The notes under the pieces were generated by a model that was given only the letters and a program-made list of their open reading frames with translations, made no database searches and was not told where the DNA came from. This document shows positions 1 to 12,546 of a DNA stretch of 64,000 nucleotides, piece after piece. How positions within the stretch are numbered: position 1 is the stretch's first letter; the number at the start of each line of letters is the position of its first letter. Origin of the DNA: Trichoplax sp. H2 (taxonomy: Eukaryota); assembly GCA_003344405.1 (NCBI GenBank), contig NOWV01000105.1, forward strand, positions 124,001 through 188,000. Reading direction: 5' to 3'. The position numbers and the translations under genes are program-made.

Positions 1-1788
1 CTGCTGATATCGGTTTTAATCTAATAGGGAATATCTCACTGAAATGGTGGATCAAATTATTTTCAACGTTTACGTGCAGCTTTAAACGTTAATTCTGCAG
101 TTTCTATTTGGCAACATTCGCTGTAGGTAAATGAATGATTGATAGGTTATCAGACGATTCTTAAAAATTGAGACTCCAATTTGATTGCTGAGAAGTGGAA
201 TACTACTAGTGCCTCTTAATTTAACTAAATCAAGAAAACCGAATCAACCTTTTGCTTATATGATGCTTATACTCGTATTCTCTTCCAACCGCAGCTTATC
301 AATCGGGGCTTAATCAATATCGATGGCTAAGCAGCCTCTTGTCTTGTACACACCTACTACGTCTGTCCGAAAGCCAAAGATATTCCAATATTAAACTGCA
401 TGCTATACAGAACAACATCCAGCGTAGTAGAATTATATTTCTGCAGTAAGGAGAATATAACGTTCAAATTATTTTACGGTTAAAAAATCCCCAAATTGCC
501 ATGGAGACTGAAGTCTACAGACGGAAAATACGGACGGCACCCTTCTAGTCTGAGACTACTGCCTACAAACTAGCTTACCAAAATGAAGTTCTTGGTGATG
601 GACTACTAAAAAAGGTCTTTTAGTAGTTTATGGCTTGATTTAGCAGTGAATAAGACCTATATCTATTAAACAGTGATATGGAAAAGTGTAATTTATCGCC
701 ATGTTGATACAGATGATGGAATCCTATGGGTAGCATTAGCTACTTATACAGTATGTCTCTGCAGCGTAGCTTATTATTGTATATCGATGACCTTCAACAG
801 TAAAGGGTAGGGATACTAGTAAATGGCACTAATAAACTCATAGGTGGTATATTTGGTCATGAAAGTCTGACGTCTTGTAGCTGGTTTACTTGATACGAGT
901 ATATTATGATGCTATTAGTCATCGCACAATGAATTATATTTCAACTTTGCTACAATTAAATTTTCAACTTTTACAAAACTATATAGAAAGTATATGAAGG
1001 ATCTGGCGAATAAATACGTTTAGCGAAGATACAATATTGCTAACAGAGTTTATAAGAGGCATTTAATACATTCTACAAACCAAATTGCAATATTAAATGA
1101 GTATGTTTCGACAAGATTTACTAATGATGTTTCGTTGCAACACAGCTCAATTTGTTTATTTTATATCCAAGACGTTATCATACAATTTTCGCAATAGTTT
1201 CGAATATTTTAGAATAAGATTTTTTTTCCATCATGTTGTTACTAATGTAACTGGTATTGTGCTTTCGGAATATAGGGTACACTATATGTACAAAGCAGTG
1301 ATATTCTTCACCGTACTCAATTTGATTATTGGTAGAGAACGTGGTACAAGGTTAATTTTTCGGCTAATTGATAATATTGGAGTGAATCATATTAAAAAGA
1401 TGTCTTGCATGGCTTGACAGGATACAAGTAATAGTTATCCTACGCATACATACTTTCATACAAGTACATCGTACGTTACGAATTTATAATGGTAAGAAGT
1501 TGATTGTCAGTCTAGTCTAGGCTACAATCATGCATGCTTGATTATAAAGTGGGTCTTTGCTAATAGTTAGTAAATCGGTTAACAGTATCATAAAGAGTAG
1601 CTCTACATCTTCTAGTAGTTTGTGGCCAGGTATTTCAAGAGCATTTAGGATGTGATTTAACTACTGAAGCACTATCTCAAATTGAGACTTAATTCATGTG
1701 GAAATTGTCTTCCAACTTTGTTGAAAGCTATAAAGGTACTATTTAAAAATGCTGACGATGATGTACCCGTAATGGAGCATAGTTTCAA

Positions 1789-4700
1789 TTAATCTATCTG
1801 CATAGCCGATGGCTTGTGATTTTTCATGTATCGCCTATAAAGAGGGTATTAAGCGGTAAGTAAATTAGAATAGAATTAGAAAACGCAGTATGCAGTAATT
1901 GTCATATTTGAGTAGCCAAGGATACTCACCTGTACATTTTGTATTTGTTACTGCTTGCGTTCTTGACCCTCATGTCTTCTTCCATTTCAGCCGTGAATGT
2001 CTGGATAGAGTAATAAAACTGCATCCTGAAGCTGCTTAAATATCAATATTGTAGTCCTAAATATTCAAACCTTAAAATTTTCATCAATCCATAATTCTCT
2101 ACTCTCAAAATTTGACTGCTTTTCTGCCGGTAAAGACTTAATCCATAGGATAACTTGGTTAATGATCAACTTTATTACTGATAGAATTAGTAAGAATACG
2201 CTGTCTACTTACTTCCCATTTCGTTGCAGAAAGACCTAACTTTTTTCTAGTGAGGTAAATTCGTTCTTCTGGTCCGTAGGGTTCTTTATTGACGTTAAAT
2301 TTCCAAAGCCAACGCAAGTACCAGAAGATGTATTGAACTATGTAGAGAGGACTATGAAAGCAATCAATTTAGCACCAAAACAGATCAAATTGAATTTGTT
2401 ACATGTATTAGGGTCATAATGGAAAGTAACATATGTATTTACCTAAAACAAAGCTGAAAAAATAAAACATCGAATACTGAAGGTTTTTTGTAGCCACCTC
2501 TATAGATAACGATTACCAATAAAAATTTAGTTTTTACATCATCTCTATCAATACAAACAGTCTCTAGATATGCTCTCAAACAATACTATACGCCTGGCGA
2601 CCTTATGTCTAAAGATTCTTCAAGGACTTGTCGTAAAATTTGCTCTTCTTCTGCTCTGATCTCTTCCTGACATGTGATTATTATCATTTAGAACTTTTAT
2701 TATATAACTACGTTAGAGCAAAGTATTTATTAATAACACTTAATAAATCTATTTCTACGATCGCATACACTTTTTGTACACTACAGACGGCAAGTATACA
2801 TGCAGAGATTAGGCAAAAATTACCTTCGACCTTTTGCCCTTTTTCTTTGAAGTATTCCATAGGCCCTTACTTTTAGCTACTTCTATAGCCTAATACATCA
2901 GGGAAATATTTTTTTGCTGTTAAGACGTCGATGACAGAGAACTAAAGCTCTCTAGACAATATTACGCGATCAATGTTCTTTACCTGATTTCTATATCTTT
3001 GATCTCTTAGCGCGTACTTGATGGCGTCATTATATCTATTTAGTCCTGCAAGATACTAAAGTATGCATGTATCATTAGTATTGATTTGTCAGTAAACCCA
3101 AAAATTGTCCTTTATTGAAGAAGTGCCCATAGTTAGTTACCTGTATCAGTGAAACTACCGTAACTGTGACCATAACCACAACTCTGATATCAACCTTGGG
3201 AGATACACGCTTCTTGTAGTATCGGTAGTAGTGACGATATACCAGGTCTTACAGTAAAATGATATGTATTATTACTAGGCAAATTTAATATTGATGTAAT
3301 AAAATATCATTCTTGCACGTATTTTTGGCAGCTTACTTATAGGTCATGACAATGGCTCTACTATGGTTATCAACTATCTTTAATTATCTATCATTGCACA
3401 AACCTGGATTGTCAAGCATGTAATCATAGTTATTCCTTTCTTCGTCATCTTTTAATATCTGCAGAATAATTTGCAATGAAATATCAGTCTCTCGCTATTT
3501 GAATTTTATTACCGAAGAAAGGATAGCCTAGGTTCGTGTAAACAATAAGTTATACCTCATAAGCTTTAGCGATGAGTCGAAACTTTTGTTCAGCGTCTTT
3601 ACCCTTGAAATGGAAAATGGAAAATGAGCAGATAACCATGGTCCATGGATAGATTGTACAAAGAGTAGTCCATAGTAATCTAATTTATCTAACATTATAT
3701 AAGTACTACTGGTAGTACTATTATGATTCTAATATTTTATTTGACATTATGCCTAGCCAGATTCAGTTTCTATCCATTTTAGTGGCATTTAGCATACTTT
3801 ATTGACAGTTATACACTATCAGTACGAGTACCCATACGTTGGTATTGATTGCAGCAAAGCTTAATTTCATACCAGCACAGCGTTAATTAGTACTGCACCT
3901 TATAAATATCAGGATGGTATTTCCGTGCCATACGTCGATACGCTCTTGCAATAGTTGCCTATCATAGAGGAACGCATTGCTATCAGATTGTGAACTGTAA
4001 CGATCAAGCCTTAAACCAAGCAAACGGCCTACCTTGACATCACCCCGTTTGACTCCAAGAACTATATATTAACAAATTAATTCAATCGATTAGGATATTC
4101 AATGTTTTAGTAAATGTATAACTAGGATAGTATCCACGATCTGCTTGATGTTAACCGTTCGTGGCTGGTTTTGACATGTCGAGCAATGCAAGTAGGGACT
4201 TGGTTTGCTTGCTTAAATTAATTAATCCATGCGTGGAAATGGTGTCTATTTATGGCAGAGATACGCGTGGTAGAGTATTCTACAAATACGGCGATATAAC
4301 CTGTTCTAAACCTTCCCACAAGCATTTTAACATGTATAGTATAGTACCAAGCAATGCATGTAGGAAGTTACTTCGTATTAATTGCATGCAGTATGTATGG
4401 AAATAGCGCATTCTTTGTTTCGATGGTATTCTTGAATATGATTTATATATGACTTATGCTATTCTTTACCATACTTTTGTATAACTAACATCAAATATCT
4501 GGCAATTATGGTTCAAGTGCTGTACACAGTAAGAACGGAGTTACAGCTCTCAATCGCAATCCAATATTCTATCATCCTTTCCATCCAATCTTGCAATACT
4601 TTTATCGAACTACAGTGTCTATCTATCATACTACTATCAATAGAAGGAAAGATAACTAACATCCAATATCTGGCAATTACGGTTCAAGCGCTGTACACAG

Positions 4701-5425
4701 TATGACTAGAGTTGCAGCTCTCAACCGCAATCCAATATTCTATCATCCTTTCCATCCGATCTGGGAATACTTTCATCGAACTACAGTATCTATCGATCAT
4801 GCTACTATCAATAGGAAGAAAGATAACTAACATCCAATATCTGGCCATTATGGTTTAAGTGTTGTACACAGTATGAACGGAGTTACAGCTCTCAACCGCA
4901 ATCCAATATTCATTCTATTATCCTTTCCATCCGATCATGCAATATTTTCATCGAACTACAGTTTCTATGTATCTATCGATCATGCTACTATCAATAGGAG
5001 GAAAGATAACTAACGTCCAATATCTGGCAATTGTGGTTCAAGTGCTGTACACAGTATGACAAAGACTGGAGTTCTAGGTCTCAACTGCAATCCCATACTC
5101 CATCATCCTTTCCATTCGATCTTGCAATACCTTTATTGAAGTACAGTATCTATCGATCATGCTATTATCACTAGGAGGAAAGATTGCAGATCAAGTAGTT
5201 TCAGCAGACAGATACATAGAAGTATGATCGCAAGATACCGTTTGGATTAGGCTGGATATTCAAGAAGAAGAATTTCTCAAGTATCAACTTACCGTCGTAG
5301 CAATTTTGCGAGCCGCAATATAAATCTTCTACTAAAGCGTCAACGGCCATGGGTAAGAAGGCAAGTGTTCCAACCACGATTATGCCTATCAGCCACTGTT
5401 TTGTCCATCCATTAGACGCCATCAT
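1789..5425 (-). CDS. DNAJC25: DnaJ homolog subfamily C member 25, about 14 exons (approx. 5425-5293, 4061-4033, 3958-3899, 3603-3556, 3458-3404, 3248-3141, 3056-2983, 2889-2824, 2667-2602, 2499-2443, 2351-2213, 2137-2071, 2000-1930, 1834-1789)
   Basis: Hydrophobic N-terminus, then LVEDLYCGSQNCYD|VLGV; J-domain ARAYRRMARKYHPD...QKFRLIAKAYE|ILKDDEERNNYDYMLDNP; YYRYYKKRVSPKVDIRVV; GGYKKPS; YIFWYLRWLWKFN...YGPEERIYLTRK; ends RRYMKNHKPSAMQID*. Exons join in frame through GT-AG introns. Confidence 0.92.
4481..5184. repeat. Tandem repeat, about 171-182 bp unit x4, in DNAJC25 intron 1
   Basis: Units start with ataactaaca(t/g)c(a/c)aatatctggc at about 4481, 4652, 4823 and 5005; copies carry scattered substitutions and small indels. 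Confidence 0.95.
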
Positions 5426-6480
5426 CTTTATTCACGTACAGTATATTAATGGACTACAAATATGTAGGAAAGATATTCAGTTAGAAGACAGCAATTTTCC
5501 GATCGGCAGACCTCAGCAGCTTTGGCAGGTCTTGCACCTTGGTGCAGTGGGTCACTTCACTCACTTGCAACCAATCCAATTTGACTTCAATTGAAAGTTG
5601 ACATCCAGAACCCAGTGGTCCAGTAAGTGAAGTAACAGTCCATAGTCCATGCACTTGATGACGGTGTCATATCACCCATGACCACGTACTCGTCAGGGTG
5701 ACATCATTTCTGCTCGCGGTTGATACCGTATGGTATTCCACTGCTTATAAGTGTCGGATGGACTAGAAGAGACTGGCACGTCAGAGTGACATCATTTCTG
5801 CTAGCACTTCATGATCTATCGTATTGCATGGAAGAATACTGTTTGTTATGGTGGATGGTCATAGGACATAACTAGAGTTTTAGACAATGACGCCTTATTA
5901 CTGTACTGGACGTCTCAGATCTCGACAGTATTCTTCTACGGTACGTTGCAAAAATCATGTCACTACTTACAGTATAGTACGATATTAGTACCACACATAA
6001 GATCAATTTTTGTTACTAGTACTGTCAAAAAACGAAGACTCTTTCGTACTGTACACTACAGTGTACTGTACTGTACACTGTACTGTACAGTACAGAAATT
6101 CAAACTGGTTCATACCACAGTACTGTACAGTGTACAGTACATAGTAGAAGAATACTGTACAATGTACATTTTACCTGGACTGGACATTCCTTGGACGGAC
6201 AGATACTTGGCCAACTTTGGCCGACAAATGGTGTCCAACACTTCATTATGACAGCACTTGAACTAAAGTATGCAGATGGCCGATTCGTAATTGACTGATT
6301 TTTTCTAAATGAAGTGATATGACATTGTTATTCTATCGCCTGTTACTAAGTTCTGCTTGGAAGCAGTAGCTTTAGATCATCAATATGACACAAATGAATA
6401 CGAATGATCTTGAAAACAGACACGGTAGATCCATACTGAATAATGAATTCTTTTTCCATGGTTTCGGCCGCATTGACTAT

Positions 6481-6800
6481 CAAGAGTCCATCCATCCGAG
6501 TCCAACTCCACACTATTGCCAGTGGGATACCGTAGTTCCAGTAGTCCATCCGTCCATGGTAGCGGACATAACCTTTCTGTCGGTGTGGAACACCGACTAC
6601 TGGACGTACAGTACTGTACTGTATAGTAAGTCAAATACAGTACAAGAGTCCATCCATCCGAGTCTAACTCGATACTATTGCCAGTGGCCTACCCTATTTC
6701 CAGCCGTCCATCCGTCCATTTCACCGGACATAAGCTTTCTGTCGGTGTGGAACACCGACTGCCGGACGTACAGTACAGTATAGTAAGTCAGATACAGTAC
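6481..6800. repeat. Direct repeat, 162 bp x2, each copy with a perfect 8-bp hairpin
   Basis: caagagtccatccatccgagtc starts at 6481 and 6643; gtcggtgt-gga-acaccgac at 6579-6597 and 6741-6759. Confidence 0.92.
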
Positions 6801-6916
6801 ACTACAGTACTTCTGTAAGGTACGGGACACTAGACGTATTACAAGACCAGCTCTCGCTGAGGAGGACACACAAAGAATTCCAGTGCAAGCGGCAAAAGCG
6901 TTTCTCCGATATAGCA

Positions 6917-9900
6917 ATGGAAGTCAACGTATCGTGTTATTGTATATGGCCAGAGGAAAAGGAAAATGGACTTACTAATGGTATCCATACCAGAAGTAAC
7001 TGCCTAGCTCGTCATACAGTGTGTAGTGGCTGGTCCAATCGTAATTTATTAGCCTTTTCAGCTTCCAGCAAGTCCAAGTTGGAAGATTCAATCAATTCCG
7101 AGTGAGTCAATCGCCTTCATTCCTTCCTTTTCAGCCAAGTTATTCATAGGCTTTCTATGAAAGTAGAAGGAATGGAGACCATCGAATCTTTTCATATTTG
7201 CTGATGTGCTATTTTAATGCTGCTAGCTAAGTGGTGTTGTATTGAAAGTACATTAGATTAAAATCAGCATTGCAAGTATACAATAACAACGGTGCTATGG
7301 AAGACAGTACAGTCATTGCAAATCATCTTCTTGGCATGCTGTCTCCATGGTTATCTAGTGCCTTGCAATGTGGAATCATGATGTGCATGATAGCACAGCA
7401 TGACTAGCGATAAAATCAGTGTATTTTTACGGTGATATCGATCTCTTTAGTCTGTTATGGTATACTTCATGTTGGTTGGGATAGAGCTAAAGCTATAGCT
7501 TTATACGCCTAATTGAGGTATATTGTAAAACCGACTCTAGAAGGTAAAACAACAACGTCATGCTGCCTATAATGCACCTGATGAACACGTAACAGGATAA
7601 TATCTACTTTTTCCAGTCTGACTACAGTTTAACTAAACGCCTGTCGTCATTTGGAAATTTGTTCCTGATATACTGTACTGTATATACAGTAGTGCAAAAA
7701 TCGGTCTATTCTTCCACTTATTGGCTGGATTATGGTCGTAGATAAACTTACCGTAGGATTAGAACTTAAATTTTGATCTGTTATTCTACCAGATATTTTA
7801 GTTGGTCATAGGAATGCTAAGGTTTAGGTACAACTACATCATCCGGTGCAATCGATAATATCATACAGGATGGAATTAGTCATTATCAAAGCCATTCGTA
7901 TTGGAAACTTTGCAATTGCATATTAACATTGAAGATGCTATAGTCGTCTCAATTCGACAATTTTATCAACTCCCTGATTTTAGTCTTCCCGCATCCTTTT
8001 CAATTCATTTGGTTAACCTGGAGGAACCTTGGCGAAATCATAGGTATAGATGCGGTACTTAGTGATGACTAGTTGCTGGTTGATATTATTTACTTATTAA
8101 ACTAGAGGCAGTATCACATCGAATATACTCTACTATATGCGTTAAACTTGAATTAAATTGAATGCCATAAGTTAAATTTGTAGTCATTGACCTTTTTCAA
8201 TCATTTCTTCATTTCCCAATATACTACATGGGTCATTGCTTTCACTTGGCTTGATCTATGCGAATGAATAGCAACGTCTATTTTTTTCTATCTTTGATAG
8301 CTTTGTTTCTGAACATGTATCGGAGATAATTCAACTTGCCTGGGATTCTCATGGTACTCGATTATTATCTGCTGATAGCAATGGAATAATTAAAACTTGG
8401 CAAATGCAAGTAAGGAAACGGATGAATAGTTTTTACAAGTATTAGTATTATTGGAAACCTTGTGATCCTGTGATAAAATTGCTTGTAGAAGTGAACTATT
8501 AATTATGAAGAAACGTCGTCCTTTACTGACAGATATTGATTAATATCATATATGTTATACCAAATGGCTTAGGATAACTTTATAAATCAGTGGAAATGTA
8601 CATCCTCTAATGATCTTGGAGAAGGTGAACATGTACGAGCTGTTCGCTGGTTAGATACCTCAGCTAAGGTAATACTAATAATTTTATCAGCAATATCATT
8701 AAACACATCCAGGTAGCGGCTACAGTCTATGATTTTTGCCTTATGCCGGTGTTATACAGTACGCCCCCACCCGTATGATGTTAAATCTAATCGCTTATTA
8801 TCGTTCATTGATGATGTAGGAGCATTACATTGATAGCAAGTGTAAAGATAAAGAATCCTTTTTTGAGAAATTTCCGTATGCAGTTAAGAAGACTCCATTC
8901 GTCCGATATGGAGGTCGTCCAACGCAAGCCTGGATTGCAATTACTGCAACTGGAATGGTAAAAAATGTTTTTTTTCTTAAATATAATTTTCTTGAATCCT
9001 TCTTTTTCTATTCAATTGTTTTACAGTAGTAATCGATACTGTCGTTGCTATAAGTTTTGCATGGCTGGCCGTATTTGCATCGATTCATCCTAAAAACGAT
9101 TTAATTGTGACCTAACAAATTTACTAGATTTACGTCACAGTGCTTGATCCAGTTACTAGAGGTAAACTCCGACTAGATTTACCTAGTGGCTATCGTCTTT
9201 GTATTAGCAGTGCTGATGTAACGTATAATTATCAGGGTAAGTTTAATTCTAGAATGTTATATTGTAGAGACACTATTTACTACTAAAACGGTGATACTAT
9301 AAACGCAACGATTTATTTGTCCAATTTACTAAATGTTGCTATCGTGAATTTATCATACTACAGATTCTACATTCCTTGCTGCAACCAGCAGTGGTCGTAA
9401 GGGCGATCCAGTGCAAATATTTTGTATAAAAGCTCAGTTAGACTCAGACAATCCGGATAATATCCTTTTATTTCGATGCTATTACTTTTAATTAATCCAT
9501 TTTAAATACGAAGCCGTATCATATATTGCAGAACTATGTTGGTGATAATGCGTTACTTAAATATATATTTCCTTAATCACTACTTACGGCCTATTCAGTT
9601 GAGTGCAGAATTAAAAGCTTGTATCAATACTGATTCTGATGAAGAAAGAAATGCAATCCCAAAAGGTTGACGGTTTATAAGAAATTTTTTCATTGCTATT
9701 ACTTTCTTACGTATGCAGTGATTATATAACGAACTATTTAATGGTTGCATTTATAATTTTTAAATTTGGTACTACAGATTCTTTCGTAGACCAAGTCAGA
9801 TTTCTACCGCAAGATGCAAAATCAGCGCCTGCTCTACTGGTTTTATCATCAGGCTATTCGCAAAGTACCATACAGTTATTTACCTTAACTACGGAACCAG

Positions 9901-12546
9901 TATTAATCCACAGCGCATTTAATAACCCTAACCTTGCTGAACGTGATATTCCAGTCGAGGAGGTAAAAATACTTTCATTTGTTATGTACTAAATTTAAAT
10001 TTCCAAGAGTGGTAGGTGATACGGTAAAACATTTTTATCTCAACAAGATCTGGTCCTGTGCTGCTATATATCCTTGCGGTGAAAAAGTTAGCTGCTTTTC
10101 ATTTTCTACATTTCCAATTGCTCCCTCATCCGGTGACGCAGATTATAGTAAGAACGCTAACTCGCATATAATGTTGGCTTGTCAGAAAGGAAACTTGATT
10201 TTACTGAATCGGTGCGTTAGAAAATTTCTAGTATTTATTTCGTCTTTTCATATGCTCTGATTGTATGTGTCATTGTTTCCTGTATAAATTCAATAGAAGC
10301 TCTTTAAGTATTGCAGCGTTTTGTAATACCCCATTTGGAGCTGTTGATGATCCTTTGGATTGGGCATTCGGTAGTTTATTAGAATTCCTTAATTATAATC
10401 ATTTTCACAAAGAGCTTTTTGTTACTAAACGAGAAGGCTATTTTAATGTATCGTTTGTATCATGTGTTCTATTGTAGGATCTGACCGAACTGTAAAAAGT
10501 ATCAGTTTCTCTCCCTGTGGTTTGTGTACTGCTGTAATAAATGGTAGAGGAGACGTTGCAATTTGCAGAATTCGCATGTCGTCTTCGTTTGACAATTCAG
10601 GTAAGATACGTTAGCGTAACTGCATTTACTTAATCCTTAAAGGTATTAATAACTTTAAAATTTGTATACTTATAGGTAGTGAATGCTTTAGCTGCTATGT
10701 CACATTGTTAGAATACTGTCTTACTACTGGTATAGAGTATTGGGATATCTTACATTCTATTTCTGCAACCTTTGGTCCTAGCATTGGTAAGTATTATCCT
10801 AGCATTTGTTAAGGATTCGTGTTATCTCTTCATTAATATTGGTTCCCTTCGTAGATGTAGTATCCAAAATGATAGCTTATATCAAGAATGATCTTTCTAA
10901 GCAAGCTCAGCCACTTCGAGAATCACTTCAGTTGCGTTTTGCAGTAATGTGTGCAGCACTATACCGGTAAGTTTAGAACCGACGCCTGGTACTGATTATT
11001 TGTAGTTAATTAAGCCTGTACATATTTTTGATTACTATCTGCATACATCTAGCTATGGATCGGATGAACATGGCCGTTTCGTCGATCAACGATGTCGTAT
11101 AATTTTATACTGTATATGCAAATTTTTACACTTCGAAATACTGCATAAGTACCAGTCTAAGAATACTGAAAGTAACCCTATCTTAAAACTAGAAGGTGTG
11201 TTCAGAAAATTTTACAAGAAATGATGATATATTTATACTTGAATATGACTTACTAATACATTGAAATAACATTACTATGTTTAGACGCTTGCAACAGTGA
11301 CACTGATGGAAATTTAGCAGCTACAGTGTCACGATTAGAAGCTACCGAATATGTACTTAATCCTGGTATGGCTTACATATTGCACAGTTGCTGGAATAGA
11401 TAAGATTAATAAAATTTCTCTTCGCTTCCACAGGCGTTATCCATCACGTCCGTGCAATGATTGATTGGATTGGAAACTACGCTTTATTATTAGCTGCTAC
11501 CGTATCCGCACGGGAAATTATACAGGAGGTTAGCAAAAATGCTCTCAACATATATCATAATTTTCTACGCCATTGCTCAGGATAAAATCGTTCGATGTCA
11601 CCGTAGGCTTATGGAGTAACAGACATGGAAGTCGTGCGCAACTTGCGCATGTTGCTATTACTAGTAAGTACCTGGGGACAGGGGAATGCGGCCTTTTATC
11701 CACGATTTTATCCTCAATCAGGTATAGAATAATTTTTAAATAAATGTTATATCTATTAGTCATTTATTCTTGAAGTGATAACTCTTAATAACTATTTGTA
11801 TAATAGATCCGGTGCCAAGTTTATCTACAATTTATCGAATATTAACCAAAGTCTGGATGTGTTACAAGAATGATAACAAGTTAGATAGTATCATCCAATA
11901 TTTATCAGGTAAATACTATCGTGTAAGTAATTTCATTTTTCTTATATAAATTGAGCATGTAACTAACTTTATATAACTATAATATCAACGTTATTGACAA
12001 CGTAGATAAGGATCAACTGCCATCATTGCAGTCACTTATGGACACTAGAGGAGCTTTCTTATGTATTTGTAAGTGATTAATGACATCGATTATATGGTCA
12101 TACTTCGCGTAAGTTAGTTGACCTACTGTAAATAATTTTGCAGCTGATAGGTTACTTTTGGGTCCAAATATCGCTTTCTTCCGTTTTGGAGAAAATCCAT
12201 CCACTGAACCTAACATGCGCTATGATGTTATCAGATTGATGGCAATCAATCCATTTTATAACGAGAACTTAAGGCAGTGTGTCAGGTATGCAAAAATAAT
12301 CTATATCCTTCTGACGTTATTGCAATATCCATCTCCTTACCTTATTTATGTTTTTCTTTATTAAATTTGAATTAAAGATACGGTAAATAACGTAATTCAA
12401 TTTATATGGATATGAATGTTGGATTATTATTTAGGTGCGGTGGCTTAAGCATGATAACTATGAATTCTTCCATTGACGATAACTACAATTGGAATAGTAG
12501 ATGGATTGCGAAGTGTATTTGTGGTGGATCATGGTTTAAGTTATAG
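6917..12546 (+). CDS. MED16: Mediator subunit 16, about 22 exons including one AT-AC intron
   Basis: WSNRNLLAF; IHLVNLEEPW; EHVSEIIQLAWDSHGTRLLSADSNGIIKTW; FFEKF...YGGRPTQAWIAITATG; LLEYCLTTGIEYWDI; IYRILTKVW; C-terminal LRQCVRCG...WNSRWIAKCICGGSWFKL*. These match the metazoan MED16 motif order as I recall it. Confidence 0.92.
9460..9587 (+). other. U12-type AT-AC intron in MED16
   Basis: 5' site ATATCCTTTT at 9460; branch TTCCTTAAT at 9569-9577; 3' end TTAC at 9587. Splicing gives in-frame NPD-R-PIQLSAELKACIN, and no frame-compatible GT donor was found. Confidence 0.88.

Noticed and set aside
602-627. 10-bp perfect hairpin (also the 12-bp A/T stem at about 37513-37540)
   Set aside because: AT-rich short stems with no supporting context; prokaryotic terminators are not relevant here.
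1-1417. Possible exons at the window start and the 106-aa ORF 1097-1417
   Set aside because: No recognisable motif or consistent splice chain.
4481-5184. CRISPR-like array
   Set aside because: Whole units repeat with no unique spacers, in a eukaryotic intron with no cas genes. The same applies to the other arrays.
6481-6800. Hammerhead ribozyme or retrozyme
   Set aside because: No CUGANGA core was found on either strand.
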